Below are positions 53,656-62,501 of a stretch of DNA of 64,000 nt, in pieces; within the stretch, counting starts at the first letter, position 1; each line of letters opens with the position of its first letter. The DNA is taken from assembly GCA_964619705.1 (NCBI GenBank), contig CAZUGF010000001.1:225327-289326 (forward strand), in the 5' to 3' direction. The position numbers and the translations under genes are program-made. The DNA comes from an uncultured Bifidobacteriaceae bacterium. GTDB taxonomy: Bacteria; Acidobacteriota; Vicinamibacteria; Vicinamibacterales; UBA2999. The notes under the pieces are model-generated. The model saw only the letters and a program-made list of their open reading frames with translations, was not told the origin of the DNA and searched no databases.

Positions 53656-54030
53656 ATGGCGAAGATGCCGTTCCGTGGACCCGTACTCCTCGTGCTCGCG
53701 GCCCTCACGATGGCCGCCTGCGGCGCCAAGAGCATCAACCAGGTGCTGGCCGATCCCGGGCGGTACCGCAACGGCACGGTGACGGTCAGGGGGACGGTCG
53801 CGGAGAGCGCCTCCATCATGGGCCGCGGCGCCTACCGGATTACCGACGGCGGCCAGGGGTTGTGGGTCGTCACGACCGGCGGCGCGCCGCGTCAGGGCGC
53901 GCGCGTCAACGTGACCGGCCGGCTCCAGGACGGCTACGACCTCAGCGCGTTCGGCCAGGTGCTCAGGCTGCCCGAGTCGCTCCGGAGCGGTCTGGTCCTG
54001 ATCGAGCGCTCCCACAGGGCTCGCGACTGA
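53656..54030 (+). CDS. Small lipoprotein, unknown function
   Basis: The ATG at 53656 gives a lipobox (LVLAALTMAAC). Beta-rich body (VTVRGTVAES...RVNVTGRLQDGY), possibly OB-like. Confidence 0.5.
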   Translation: MAKMPFRGPVLLVLAALTMAACGAKSINQVLADPGRYRNGTVTVRGTVAESASIMGRGAYRITDGGQGLWVVTTGGAPRQGARVNVTGRLQDGYDLSAFGQVLRLPESLRSGLVLIERSHRARD

Positions 54031-54032
54031 GT

Positions 54033-54908
54033 TCACGGCATGCCCCGGCGGAGCGCATCCGCCATCTGTTCCACGACCTGCGCCACGCGCGGGCCGGGCA
54101 CGGTGAGGCCCTTGCCGGTCAGGATCGCGATGCGGTTCTGCCGGACGGCCGGGACCGACGCGAGCGGCCGCCAGGTGCCGGCTTCCCGCTGCGCCTCCTC
54201 CGCCGACAGGATGTCCGACGACCGCATCTCCAGGATGACCTCCGGCGCCCGGGCGAGGATCAGCTCCGTCGTGGCCTGTACGGCTTCGCGATCGATGTCC
54301 GCGAACACGTTCGTGCCGCCGGCCGCCTCGAGCATGTCGTGCAGGAAGCCGCGCCCGCCGCTCGCGTAGATGTTGCGCAGCGCGCCGCGTTCGCGGCCGA
54401 AGACCAGCAGCGTCCGGGGGCGCGGACCGGATCCCGTACGTGCCCGCACGGCGTCGAGGGCCTCTTCGATGCGCCGCGCCGCCCGGTCCGCCTCCTGCAC
54501 ATGGTCGGTCCGCGCGCCGAGCGCGCGCATCGTGGCGGTCACGTCCGCCAGCCCCTGATGGCGGTAGTCGAACACCGGGATCGCGGCGCGTGAGAGCTGC
54601 GTCCGGAGATCCGTCTGGCTGCCGTAGATGACGACCAGGTCCGGCCCGAGCGACAGGATCCGCTCGACATCCGGATCGAGGAGCGCGCCCACGCGGGGGA
54701 GCGATCGCACCTCCGGCGGGTCCTCGTCGTAGCTGCTGACGGCGACGACCTGCGGCCCCGCGCCGATCGCGAAGAGCATCTCGGTGACCGCCGGCACGAT
54801 CGAGATGATCCGCCGCGGCTGCCGGGCGTCCCCTGCGGCGGCCATCGCAACCACGATGACGGCCGTCAGGCCGCCGCAGACCCGGCGGGCAAAGGTCCTG
54901 CGTGTCAT
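54033..54908 (-). CDS. ABC transporter periplasmic binding protein, BtuF/HmuT (cobalamin/haem/siderophore) class
   Basis: The ATG at 54908 (ATGA overlap with the permease stop) gives a signal sequence (RRVCGGLTAVIVVAMAAAG). Body: RIISIVPAVTEMLFAIGAGPQVVAVS...PDLVVIYG. Confidence 0.8.
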   Translation of the reverse strand: MTRRTFARRVCGGLTAVIVVAMAAAGDARQPRRIISIVPAVTEMLFAIGAGPQVVAVSSYDEDPPEVRSLPRVGALLDPDVERILSLGPDLVVIYGSQTDLRTQLSRAAIPVFDYRHQGLADVTATMRALGARTDHVQEADRAARRIEEALDAVRARTGSGPRPRTLLVFGRERGALRNIYASGGRGFLHDMLEAAGGTNVFADIDREAVQATTELILARAPEVILEMRSSDILSAEEAQREAGTWRPLASVPAVRQNRIAILTGKGLTVPGPRVAQVVEQMADALRRGMP

Positions 54909-55906
54909 GCCTTCCTCACAAGGAGCCACAGAAAGAACGGCCCGCCGATGAGCGCCGTGATGATGCCCACGGGCAACTCGAGCGGCGCCATGATCGTCCG
55001 GGCGCCGACGTCGCACAGGACCAGGAACGCGGCCCCGAACAGGCCGGCGGCCGGCAGCACGAGGCGGTGGTCGGCGCCGACCATCAGCCGCACCAGGTGT
55101 GGAACCACGATGCCGATGAATCCCACCGGACCGCCGAGAGAGACGGCGGCGCCGGTTGCCAGCGAGGCGCTGAAGAAGGCCCATCGCTGCGCGCGCCGGA
55201 CGTCGACGCCCCGGCTCGACGCGACGTCCTCGCCCATCGTGAGCAGGTTGAGCGCGCGCGGCAGGACGGCAAACACCACGAAGGCCGCCGCGATGAACGG
55301 CGTGGCCGCGAGGATGGGATCGTAGCTCCCGACATCCAGGTCGCCCATCAGCCAGCGCACGGTACGGAACGAGTCGGCAAAGTCCGCCAGGTACTGCACG
55401 AAGAGGATCAGCGCGGAGAAGAACGAGTTGAGCGTCACGCCGGCGAGCAGCAGGACGTTCGTGGACAGCCCCCGCTTCTGCGACGACGCCAGGCCGTACA
55501 CGATGGCCGTGGCGCCGAGCGAGCCGAGGAAGCTCGCGATCGGCACGGACGAGACGCCGAGCACGCCGATGTCCAGGCGCAGCGTGATGGCGAGCATCGC
55601 GCCCAGCGCCGCCCCTGCCGAGACGCCGAGCGTGAACGGTGTGGCCAGCGGGTTCCGCAGCAGGGCCTGCAGCACGACGCCGGCCGACGCCAGCGTGGCG
55701 CCGATGAGCGCCCCGGAGAGCACGCGGGGCAGCCGCGCGACGAAGAAGATCTGGGCGTCCACGTTGTCCGGCCACGGCGTCGCCGTGTCGAACACGCGCA
55801 CGAGGCTGATGGACGTGCTGCCGACGGTGGGAGCCCAGACGAGCACGGCGAGCGTGAACGCGCCGAACAGACCGAGCACCGTGACGAACCGCCGCGTGAC
55901 GTTCAT
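54905..55906 (-). CDS. FecCD-family ABC permease (BtuC/HmuU-like)
   Basis: 333 aa and polytopic, with the typical C-terminal motif ELPVGIITALIGGPFFLWLL. Confidence 0.9.
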   Translation of the reverse strand: MNVTRRFVTVLGLFGAFTLAVLVWAPTVGSTSISLVRVFDTATPWPDNVDAQIFFVARLPRVLSGALIGATLASAGVVLQALLRNPLATPFTLGVSAGAALGAMLAITLRLDIGVLGVSSVPIASFLGSLGATAIVYGLASSQKRGLSTNVLLLAGVTLNSFFSALILFVQYLADFADSFRTVRWLMGDLDVGSYDPILAATPFIAAAFVVFAVLPRALNLLTMGEDVASSRGVDVRRAQRWAFFSASLATGAAVSLGGPVGFIGIVVPHLVRLMVGADHRLVLPAAGLFGAAFLVLCDVGARTIMAPLELPVGIITALIGGPFFLWLLVRKA

Positions 55907-56694
55907 GGCCGGACGCGGCCCACGGGGACGACCGTCATGTGGCCCGACGCGGCGTGGACGTGCACATCCGCGTCCACGTCGTAGAGCGCGCGGATGTTCT
56001 CCGGCGTGAGCACGTCCGCAATGGGCCCGCTCGCCAGGACGCGGCCGCGCCGGATCATCACGAGGCGCCGGCAGATGGCCGCGGCGAGGTTCAGGTCGTG
56101 CGTGGAGATGGCCATCGTGACCCCGCGCTCTGTGTTCAGCCGGGTGAGCAGGGCGGCGATGTCGAGCTGGTAGCCGAGGTCGAGCGACGCGGTGGGCTCG
56201 TCGAGGAGCAGGACGTCGGAGGCCTGGGCGAGCGCGGCGGCAATCACGACGCGCTGCTTTTCGCCGCCGCTGAGCGTGTGGAACAGCCGGTCCTCGAGAT
56301 CGCTCGTGCCCGTCGCGGCAAGCGCCTCGCGCGCGAGCGCGCAGTCCGCGGGCCCCTCCACCTCGAAGACCCCGAGGTGCGCGTGCCGTCCCATCAGGAC
56401 CATCTCGAGCACGCTGTACTCGAAGGCGAGCTCCGTCTCCTGGGGGACCACGGCGATGCGCCGCGCGATGGCGCGCCGGCCCAGGCGGGTCAGCGGGCGT
56501 CCGTCGAGGAAGACCTGTCCGCTGGAGGGCGGGCGGGTGCCGCTCAGCATCCGGAGCAGGGTGGTCTTGCCTGACCCGTTGGGGCCGAGGATGCCGACCA
56601 GGTCGCCCTGGTGGATGTCGAGCGTGACGCCGTCCACGACCAGCGGCAGCCCGCCGTGGTAGCGGAACGAGACGTTATCGGCCCGCAGGAGCAC
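55903..56694 (-). CDS. ABC transporter ATPase (BtuD/HmuV/FecE-like)
   Basis: GTG start. Walker A GPNGSGKTT, signature LSGGEKQRV and Walker B LLLDEPTASLD. Confidence 0.9.
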   Translation of the reverse strand: MLLRADNVSFRYHGGLPLVVDGVTLDIHQGDLVGILGPNGSGKTTLLRMLSGTRPPSSGQVFLDGRPLTRLGRRAIARRIAVVPQETELAFEYSVLEMVLMGRHAHLGVFEVEGPADCALAREALAATGTSDLEDRLFHTLSGGEKQRVVIAAALAQASDVLLLDEPTASLDLGYQLDIAALLTRLNTERGVTMAISTHDLNLAAAICRRLVMIRRGRVLASGPIADVLTPENIRALYDVDADVHVHAASGHMTVVPVGRVRP

Positions 56695-56916
56695 GTGTCC
56701 CGCCTTCCGCCGTCCCGGGTCCGTGCGCGGCGCCGGGACCGCCAGCCCTGCAGGCCGGCCCGTGCGGGCGCGGGGCGGCAGGGCGGCCGGCCCGACCGTG
56801 AAGGGGCGTGCGGGCGCCGCCTGCCCGGCCGCGGAGCGGCGTGTGCGCCCTGGGGGTCGAGCGCCGTGCGATCGTCATGGGACTGGGCCTCCCCGGCGTG
56901 ACCCGCGCCGGTAGCC

Positions 56917-57157
56917 GCTGCCGGAATGGCAGCGCGTCGAGGACGGTTCCGTGGCGGAGGTCTCCTGACTCGCGGATCGTGGCGGCGCGCCCTGCGTCTT
57001 CCCATTGCCGGGGGCAACAGTGACGGGCCTGGCGGGCCCTCCGCAAGCCGCCGGTGGGCCCGGCCGGTGGCCGGAAATCGGGCGCGCGCTCCCCGCATAC
57101 AGTGGCGGGACCGTGCGGGCTTGTCACCCGGCTTCCCTGCCGCCGGGAACGCGTCTG
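56917..57157 (-). promoter_or_regulatory. Cobalamin (B12) riboswitch aptamer
   Basis: The minus strand reads GTTCCCGGCGGCAGGGAAGCCGGGTGACAAGCCCGCACGGTCCCGCCACTGTATGCGGGG ... CACTGTTGCCCCCGGCAATGGGAAGACG ... CGAGTCAGGAGACCTCCGCC. This contains the GGGAA/GGTG/GCCACTG core and a near-consensus B12 box. A TAGAAT -10-like hexamer lies at 57169-57174 (minus). It is upstream of the BtuFCD-like operon. Confidence 0.85.
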
Positions 57158-57311
57158 TTGTCTTGACGATTCTAGCATGGCAGAATGGCGCGTCCCGTTG
57201 TCGGGCGCGGCCCGGGGAACGGCGTAATTGCCGGCAGGGCATGGAGTTAGAAGAGCGTGCGGATCGGGGCCCCGGGCGGTCTGGTTTGGCGCTACAATAC
57301 AGAATTTGTGT

Positions 57312-57326
57312 TTGTCATCATGACAA
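57312..57326. promoter_or_regulatory. Perfect 7-1-7 palindrome, candidate operator upstream of the yjbQ-like gene
   Basis: TTGTCAT C ATGACAA lies 14 nt downstream of a TACAAT -10-like hexamer (57293-57298) and 35 nt upstream of the ATG at 57361. Confidence 0.4.
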
Positions 57327-57360
57327 TCGGCTATCCAGCGCCGACCATAAAGAGGAACGC

Positions 57361-57864
57361 ATGAGCAAGAGTTCGACCGTGACCGTCCGCGAGACCCCCG
57401 TGCAGAAGGTGGCCTCGGCGACGGCTGGCGGCCTTGTGATTCACGGTGAGAACTTCGTCATCGACACGGACGATCGGATCGAGCTCGTGGACCTGACCGA
57501 CAAGGTCATGACGTACGTCAGGCAGTTCAATATCAAGGAAGGCATGATCACCCTCTGGTCGATGCACACCACCTGCGCGGTGTTCATCAACGAGTTCCAG
57601 AAGGCGCTCCTCGTCGACATCAAGAAGTTCCTCGAGGAAATGGTGGCGCGCGATCGCTACTACATGCACAACGATCCGGATCACTCGGACTGTGACCGGA
57701 TGAACGCCGACTCGCACCTGCGGGCGATGCTGCTCGGACACTCGCTCACGCTGCAGATCAGCGGCGGCGAAGTGGTCCTCGGACAATGGCAGCGCATCCT
57801 GATGGCCGAGCTCGACGGCCCGCGCGCCCGCACGCTCCGCGCGCAGGTCTGGGGTATCTCGTAG
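57361..57864 (+). CDS. YjbQ/UPF0047-family protein (secondary thiamine-phosphate synthase-like)
   Basis: The ATG at 57361 lies within a longer ORF. Motifs: GMITLWSMHTTCAVFINE and DSHLRAMLLGHSLTLQISGGEVVLGQWQRI. Confidence 0.85.
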   Translation: MSKSSTVTVRETPVQKVASATAGGLVIHGENFVIDTDDRIELVDLTDKVMTYVRQFNIKEGMITLWSMHTTCAVFINEFQKALLVDIKKFLEEMVARDRYYMHNDPDHSDCDRMNADSHLRAMLLGHSLTLQISGGEVVLGQWQRILMAELDGPRARTLRAQVWGIS

Positions 57865-57875
57865 ATCGGACGGCC

Positions 57876-58982
57876 GTGCACGCCCGTCTTCGATCGGCCG
57901 GCCTCTCCGACATTGCCGGGAGGCTGGAGGAGCGGGAGCGCCTCACGGCGGCCGACGGCGCCCTCCTGTTCCGAACGCCGGACCTCCTGGCGCTCGGCTG
58001 GCTGGCTAACCGCGAGCGCGAGCGCCGGCACGGCGCGAAGACCTTCTTCAACCACAACCTCCGGCTCGAGGCGACCAACGTCTGCGAGGCGTCGTGCCTG
58101 TTCTGCTCGTTTGCCCGCCTGGGCCCCGGCGACGCGGGCGCCCACACGATGACGCTCGAGCAGGTGTTTGCCAAGCTCCGGGCCCGCGCCGACCAGCCGC
58201 TCACCGAGGTGCACATCGTCAACGGGCTGCACCCGGGCCTGCCGTTCAGCTACTACATCGACCTGCTCCGCGGCCTCAAGGCCATCAAGCCGGGCATCCA
58301 CCTCAAGTGCTTCACGGCCGTCGAGATCGCGTACTTCGCGGACCTGTACGGTAAGACGGACGAGCAGGTGCTGGCCGAACTCGGCGAGGCCGGGCTGGAC
58401 TCGCTGCCCGGCGGCGGGGCGGAGATCTTCGCGCCGCGCGTGCGGCAGAAGATCTGCCACGACAAGTGCGACGGCGATCGCTACCTGGCGATTCACCGCA
58501 TTGCGCACCGGCTGGGCATGCGGACCAACGTCACGATGCTCTACGGGCACATCGAGACCATCGAGGAGCGCGTGGATCACCTGATGCAGGTGCGCGCGCT
58601 GCAGGACGACACGGGAGGGCTGCAGGCCTTCATCCCGCTGGCGTTCCATCCCGACAACAACCAGATGCGGAAACTGCCGGCCCCCTCGGCCAGCGATACG
58701 CTCCGCGTCCACGCCGTCGCGAGGCTGCTGCTCGACAACGTCGACCACATCAAGGCGTACTGGATCTCCTGCGGCGTCGAGGTGGCGCAGACCGCCTTGT
58801 GGTTCGGCGCCGACGACCTGGACGGGACCGTGCAGGAGGAGACGATCTACCACATGGCCGGATCGTCCACGCCGACCGCCCTGTCGACGGGCGACATCGA
58901 GCGCCTGATCGTCGATGCCGGGCGCGAGCCCGTCGAGCGCGACACCCTCTACAACGTCGTGCGCCTGCCCGTCCTGTCGTAG
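57876..58982 (+). CDS. Radical SAM menaquinone (futalosine pathway) enzyme, MqnE/MqnC family
   Basis: The GTG at 57876 follows the yjbQ stop. CxxxCxxC motif (NVCEASCLFCSF), with HIVNGLHP and LYGHIETIEERVDHL segments typical of MqnE/MqnC. Confidence 0.8.
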   Translation: MHARLRSAGLSDIAGRLEERERLTAADGALLFRTPDLLALGWLANRERERRHGAKTFFNHNLRLEATNVCEASCLFCSFARLGPGDAGAHTMTLEQVFAKLRARADQPLTEVHIVNGLHPGLPFSYYIDLLRGLKAIKPGIHLKCFTAVEIAYFADLYGKTDEQVLAELGEAGLDSLPGGGAEIFAPRVRQKICHDKCDGDRYLAIHRIAHRLGMRTNVTMLYGHIETIEERVDHLMQVRALQDDTGGLQAFIPLAFHPDNNQMRKLPAPSASDTLRVHAVARLLLDNVDHIKAYWISCGVEVAQTALWFGADDLDGTVQEETIYHMAGSSTPTALSTGDIERLIVDAGREPVERDTLYNVVRLPVLS

Positions 58983-59004
58983 GCGAGCGGCAGTCCCGTC
59001 TGGC

Positions 59005-59032
59005 GACGCCGCGGACGCCGCGGTGCGGCGTC
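59005..59032 (+). terminator. GC hairpin after the mqnE/C-like gene (possible terminator, no U tract)
   Basis: GACGCCGC - 12 nt - GCGGCGTC forms a perfect 8-bp stem, 23 nt after the stop codon. Confidence 0.3.
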
Positions 59033-59240
59033 TGCGTCACCACGCGACCGCGCGCGGCTCATCCGTGGCGCCGACTGTCCGGCAATGGGCCTGACGGAGT
59101 ATGCTGACAGGAGAGTCCGCGCCCCCGCTGAGCTGGTGCGAACGGGCTGGCGGCATTCCGGCTTCGCGTCCCCACTGAAGCCCGGGCTCTCTCCGGACAA
59201 CATCGTTCCACGCCGTGTCGTCGTGCGAGGAGACCATCGA

Positions 59241-60476
59241 ATGCTGCGGAGATCGCGAGTCGTGTCCCTGTCCATCCTGCTGCCGGCCGCCGTGGTGCTC
59301 GCGGCCGTGGGCACCGTCGTGGCCCGGCAGTCGGCGCCCGGGCCCCGCAGTGTGCCGCTCGAGACCGACGTGCACCGCATCCGCGTCGTGCCCGTGGCGC
59401 AGGGGCTGGTGCACCCGTGGAGCCTCGCGTTCCTGCCGGACGGCGATCTGCTGGTCGCCGAGCGCGGGGGACGGCTGCTCGTGGTGCGCGGCGAGTCGCA
59501 CGAGCAGATCGATGTGCCCGGCGTGCCCGCCGTGCACGCGCGCCTGCACGGCGGTCTCCTGGACATCGCCCTCCATCCGTCGTTTGCCGAGAACCACTTC
59601 CTCTACTTCACCTACGCGACAGCCGGGGACGCCGGCGCGACGGTGGCGCTCGCGCGGGCGCGCTTCGAGGCCGACGCGCTCCAGGACGTCGAGGACATCT
59701 TCGTCGCCGATGCCTGGAGCCGGACGGATCTGCACTACGGCTCGCGGATCGTGTTCGCGCCGGATGGCACGGTGTACATGTCCGTCGGCGAACGGACCGA
59801 GCGCGCGCGGGCCCAGGATCTCGGTGATCATGCCGGCACGATCGTCAGGGTTCGCGACGATGGCAGCGTGCCCGACGACAACCCGTTCGTCGGCCGCGCG
59901 GGATCGCGGCCCGAGATCTTCTCGTATGGCCATCGGAACATCCAGGGCCTGGCCATTCATCCCGAGACGGGGCAGTTGTGGGCGAGCGAGCACGGACCGC
60001 AGGGCGGCGACGAGGTCAACGCCATCCAGCCGGGGAAGAACTACGGCTGGCCGCTGGCGACCTTCGGACGCGACTACACGGGCGAGGCCATTGCGCCCCC
60101 GAGCCATCCCGGCACGGAGCTGCCGGAGGTGTTCTGGGTCCCGTCGATCGGCCTGTCGAGCCTGACGTTCTACCGCGGTCAGCGCTTTGCGGGATGGACA
60201 GGCGATCTCTTCGTCGCCGGCCTCTCGGGCCGCCAGGTGCAGCGCGTGCTGCTCACGGATGTTGGTGTCTACGGCCGGGAGGTGATCCTCACGGAGCTGG
60301 ACAAGCGCGTGCGTGACGTGCGTGAGGGGCCGGACGACCTGCTCTACATCGTGACCGACGAAGAGGACGGGGCGGTGCTCCGGATCGAGCCCGACGATCC
60401 GCCGACGTCCGATGCGGCGGCGCGTGCGGGGACATCCCGGGCGTGGCCGCGCTGGTTGGGCGCGCGAGGGCTCTGA
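59241..60476 (+). CDS. PQQ-dependent soluble sugar (aldose) dehydrogenase, YliI/Asd-like
   Basis: The ATG at 59241 follows GAGGAG and gives a signal peptide (RVVSLSILLPAAVVLAAVG). Beta-propeller motifs are present (PWSLAFLPDGDLLVAERGGRL; HYGSRIVFAPDG; FSYGHRNIQGLA; NYGWP). Confidence 0.85.
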   Translation: MLRRSRVVSLSILLPAAVVLAAVGTVVARQSAPGPRSVPLETDVHRIRVVPVAQGLVHPWSLAFLPDGDLLVAERGGRLLVVRGESHEQIDVPGVPAVHARLHGGLLDIALHPSFAENHFLYFTYATAGDAGATVALARARFEADALQDVEDIFVADAWSRTDLHYGSRIVFAPDGTVYMSVGERTERARAQDLGDHAGTIVRVRDDGSVPDDNPFVGRAGSRPEIFSYGHRNIQGLAIHPETGQLWASEHGPQGGDEVNAIQPGKNYGWPLATFGRDYTGEAIAPPSHPGTELPEVFWVPSIGLSSLTFYRGQRFAGWTGDLFVAGLSGRQVQRVLLTDVGVYGREVILTELDKRVRDVREGPDDLLYIVTDEEDGAVLRIEPDDPPTSDAAARAGTSRAWPRWLGARGL

Positions 60477-60491
60477 CGCGGAGCCGCGTGC

Positions 60492-60620
60492 TATACTCTG
60501 GCTTAGACCAAGCTGACGCGGCGGCCACGGCTGCCCTAGTCCGCTTGGTCTTTTCGTGACCGGAGATTGCGAAAACTTTCACAAGCTCGCAAGCCGGCCA
60601 CGGCCGAGAAGGAGACGACG
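60492..60620 (+). promoter_or_regulatory. Structured nadA leader: two hairpin domains sharing a CGGCCACGGC core (candidate NAD+-class-I/nadA-motif riboswitch or attenuator)
   Basis: It begins with a TATACT -10-like hexamer (60492-60497). Hairpin 1 is AGACCAAGC (60505-60513) paired with GCTTGGTCT (60543-60551), followed by TTTC. Hairpin 2 can pair CTTT(C) with the Shine-Dalgarno GAAGG (60607-60611). The two domains share CAAGCT...CGGCCACGGC. Confidence 0.4.
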
Positions 60621-61766
60621 ATGGCGACGGGCACGTTCATGCCGGTCCTCAACGAGGTCGAAAAGGCCAGCATTCGCGAGCGCCAGCCCCTGCCGGACGC
60701 CTACCTGGGCCTGTCCGACGAGGCCATGCAGGTGCGGATCGCCGCCGCCCGCGCGGCCCTCGGCGATCGCCTCGTGATCCTGGGCCACCACTACCAGCGC
60801 GACGAGGTCATCCGCTTCGCCGACTACACCGGCGACTCCTTCAAGCTCGCCAGGGAAGTCGCGAAGCATCCGTCCGCGGACTACATCATCTTCTGCGGCG
60901 TGCACTTCATGGCGGAGAGCGCGGACATCCTTGCGCTCCCGCACCAGCAGGTCATCCTGCCCGATCTCGCCGCCGGCTGCTCGATGGCGGACATGGTGGC
61001 GCCGGACCAGATGGAGACATGCTGGTCGGAGCTGGAACAGCTCGGCGTGGCCTCGCGCGTCGTCCCGGTGACGTACATCAACTCCGCGGCGGCCATCAAG
61101 TCCTTCGTCGGCGAGCGCGGCGGCAGCATCTGCACGTCGTCCAATGCGGCAGCCACGCTTCGATGGGGGTGGCAGCAGGCGGAGAAGATCCTGTTCCTGC
61201 CGGACCAGCACCTCGGACGGAACACGGCGTGGTCGATGGGTGTGCCGCTGGACGAGATGGTCGTGTGGGATCCCTTCGAGCCGTTCGGCGGGCTCACGCG
61301 CGATGCGGTCGAGCGTGCGAAGCTGATTCTCTGGAAGGGACATTGCTCGGTTCACGTCCGCTTCACGGCGCGGCAGATCGACACCGTGCGGAAGACGCAC
61401 CCGGGCGTACGCGTGATCGTGCACCCCGAGGTCCCCTTCGAGGTCCTGCAGGCCGCCGACGACTTCGGCTCGACGGAGTACATCCTGAAGACGGTACGCG
61501 CGGCGCCGGCCGGATCGACCTGGGCCGTCGGGACCGAGGTGCACCTCGTCCATCGCCTTGCGGAAGAGGTGGCGCCGGAGAAGACGGTCCTCTCGCTCGA
61601 TGAGATGGGCTGCCTCTGCTCGACGATGTTCCGCGTGTCGCCGAATCACCTGCTGTGGGTGCTCGAGGGCCTGCTCGACGGCGAGGTGCACAACGAGATC
61701 GTCGTGCCGGACCGGGATCAGAAGTTTGCTAAGCTGGCTCTTGATCGGATGTTGACGATCACGTAG
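60621..61766 (+). CDS. nadA: Quinolinate synthase
   Basis: The ATG at 60621 follows GAAGGAG (the ORF track starts at a TTG at 60567). Motifs: ILGHHYQRDEV, FCGVHFMAESA, Cys ligands (GCSMAD; HCSVH; MGCLCSTM). Confidence 0.93.
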   Translation: MATGTFMPVLNEVEKASIRERQPLPDAYLGLSDEAMQVRIAAARAALGDRLVILGHHYQRDEVIRFADYTGDSFKLAREVAKHPSADYIIFCGVHFMAESADILALPHQQVILPDLAAGCSMADMVAPDQMETCWSELEQLGVASRVVPVTYINSAAAIKSFVGERGGSICTSSNAAATLRWGWQQAEKILFLPDQHLGRNTAWSMGVPLDEMVVWDPFEPFGGLTRDAVERAKLILWKGHCSVHVRFTARQIDTVRKTHPGVRVIVHPEVPFEVLQAADDFGSTEYILKTVRAAPAGSTWAVGTEVHLVHRLAEEVAPEKTVLSLDEMGCLCSTMFRVSPNHLLWVLEGLLDGEVHNEIVVPDRDQKFAKLALDRMLTIT

Positions 61767-61826
61767 ATCCGGTCGTTCCCTGCGGCGTCACGCGCACAGA
61801 ACGATACTTCAACGACACGGGCCGAC

Positions 61827-61851
61827 GCCGCGCGGCGCAACCCTGCGCGGC
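61827..61851 (+). terminator. GC hairpin between nadA and the SOD gene (possible terminator, no U tract)
   Basis: GCCGCGC - 11 nt - GCGCGGC forms a perfect 7-bp stem. Confidence 0.3.
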
Positions 61852-61877
61852 CGCCCACATCACGGGAGTTGGACACC

Positions 61878-62480
61878 ATGGCTCATTCACTGCCGGCGCT
61901 GCCGTACGATTTCGCGGCCCTCGAACCGCACATCGACGCGCAGACGATGCAGATTCACCACGGCAAGCACCACCAGGCGTATGTCACCAACCTGAACGCC
62001 GCGCTCGACAAGCACCCCGAACTGCACGACAAGAGCCTCGACGATCTGGTCAAGGGCGTGGCGAGCCTGCCCGAGGACATCCGCACCGCGGTCCGCAACA
62101 ACGGCGGCGGGCACTGGAACCACTCGCTGTTCTGGACGATCATGGCGCCGGGCGCTGGCGGCGCGCCCACGGGAGCCGTGGCCGACGGGATTACCAGTGC
62201 CTTCGGCAGCTTCGATGCGTTCAAGGAGAAGTTCCAGGCCGCGGGCATGGGACGCTTCGGCAGCGGCTGGGCCTGGCTCGTGGCCGGCGGCAGTGCGCTG
62301 GAGATCGTGAGCACCCCGAACCAGGACAACCCGTTGATGGACGGCAAGAAGGCCATCCTCGGCGTGGACGTGTGGGAGCACGCGTACTACCTGAAGTACC
62401 AGAGCCGCCGCGCGGACTACCTCGGCGCCTGGTGGAACGTCGTCAACTGGGCGGAAGTCAACAGGCTCCTCGAGGGCTAG
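61878..62480 (+). CDS. Fe/Mn superoxide dismutase
   Basis: The ATG at 61878 gives [32 protein letters not shown]. The C-terminal metal motif DVWEHAYYL is present. Confidence 0.95.
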   Translation: MAHSLPALPYDFAALEPHIDAQTMQIHHGKHHQAYVTNLNAALDKHPELHDKSLDDLVKGVASLPEDIRTAVRNNGGGHWNHSLFWTIMAPGAGGAPTGAVADGITSAFGSFDAFKEKFQAAGMGRFGSGWAWLVAGGSALEIVSTPNQDNPLMDGKKAILGVDVWEHAYYLKYQSRRADYLGAWWNVVNWAEVNRLLEG

Positions 62481-62501
62481 CCTGGACCCGGTAGTCCACG
62501 G

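Noticed and set aside
56544-57242. 232-aa and 167-aa minus-strand ORFs upstream of the ABC ATPase gene
   Set aside because: They overlap the cobalamin riboswitch aptamer. Both are Arg/Pro/Ala/Gly-rich with no motifs and lie out of frame with the transporter genes.
59085-59240. Upstream ATG start (59085) for the PQQ sugar dehydrogenase
   Set aside because: It would place 52 residues before an obvious signal peptide. The ATG at 59241 has a strong GAGGAG Shine-Dalgarno and puts the signal peptide at the N-terminus.
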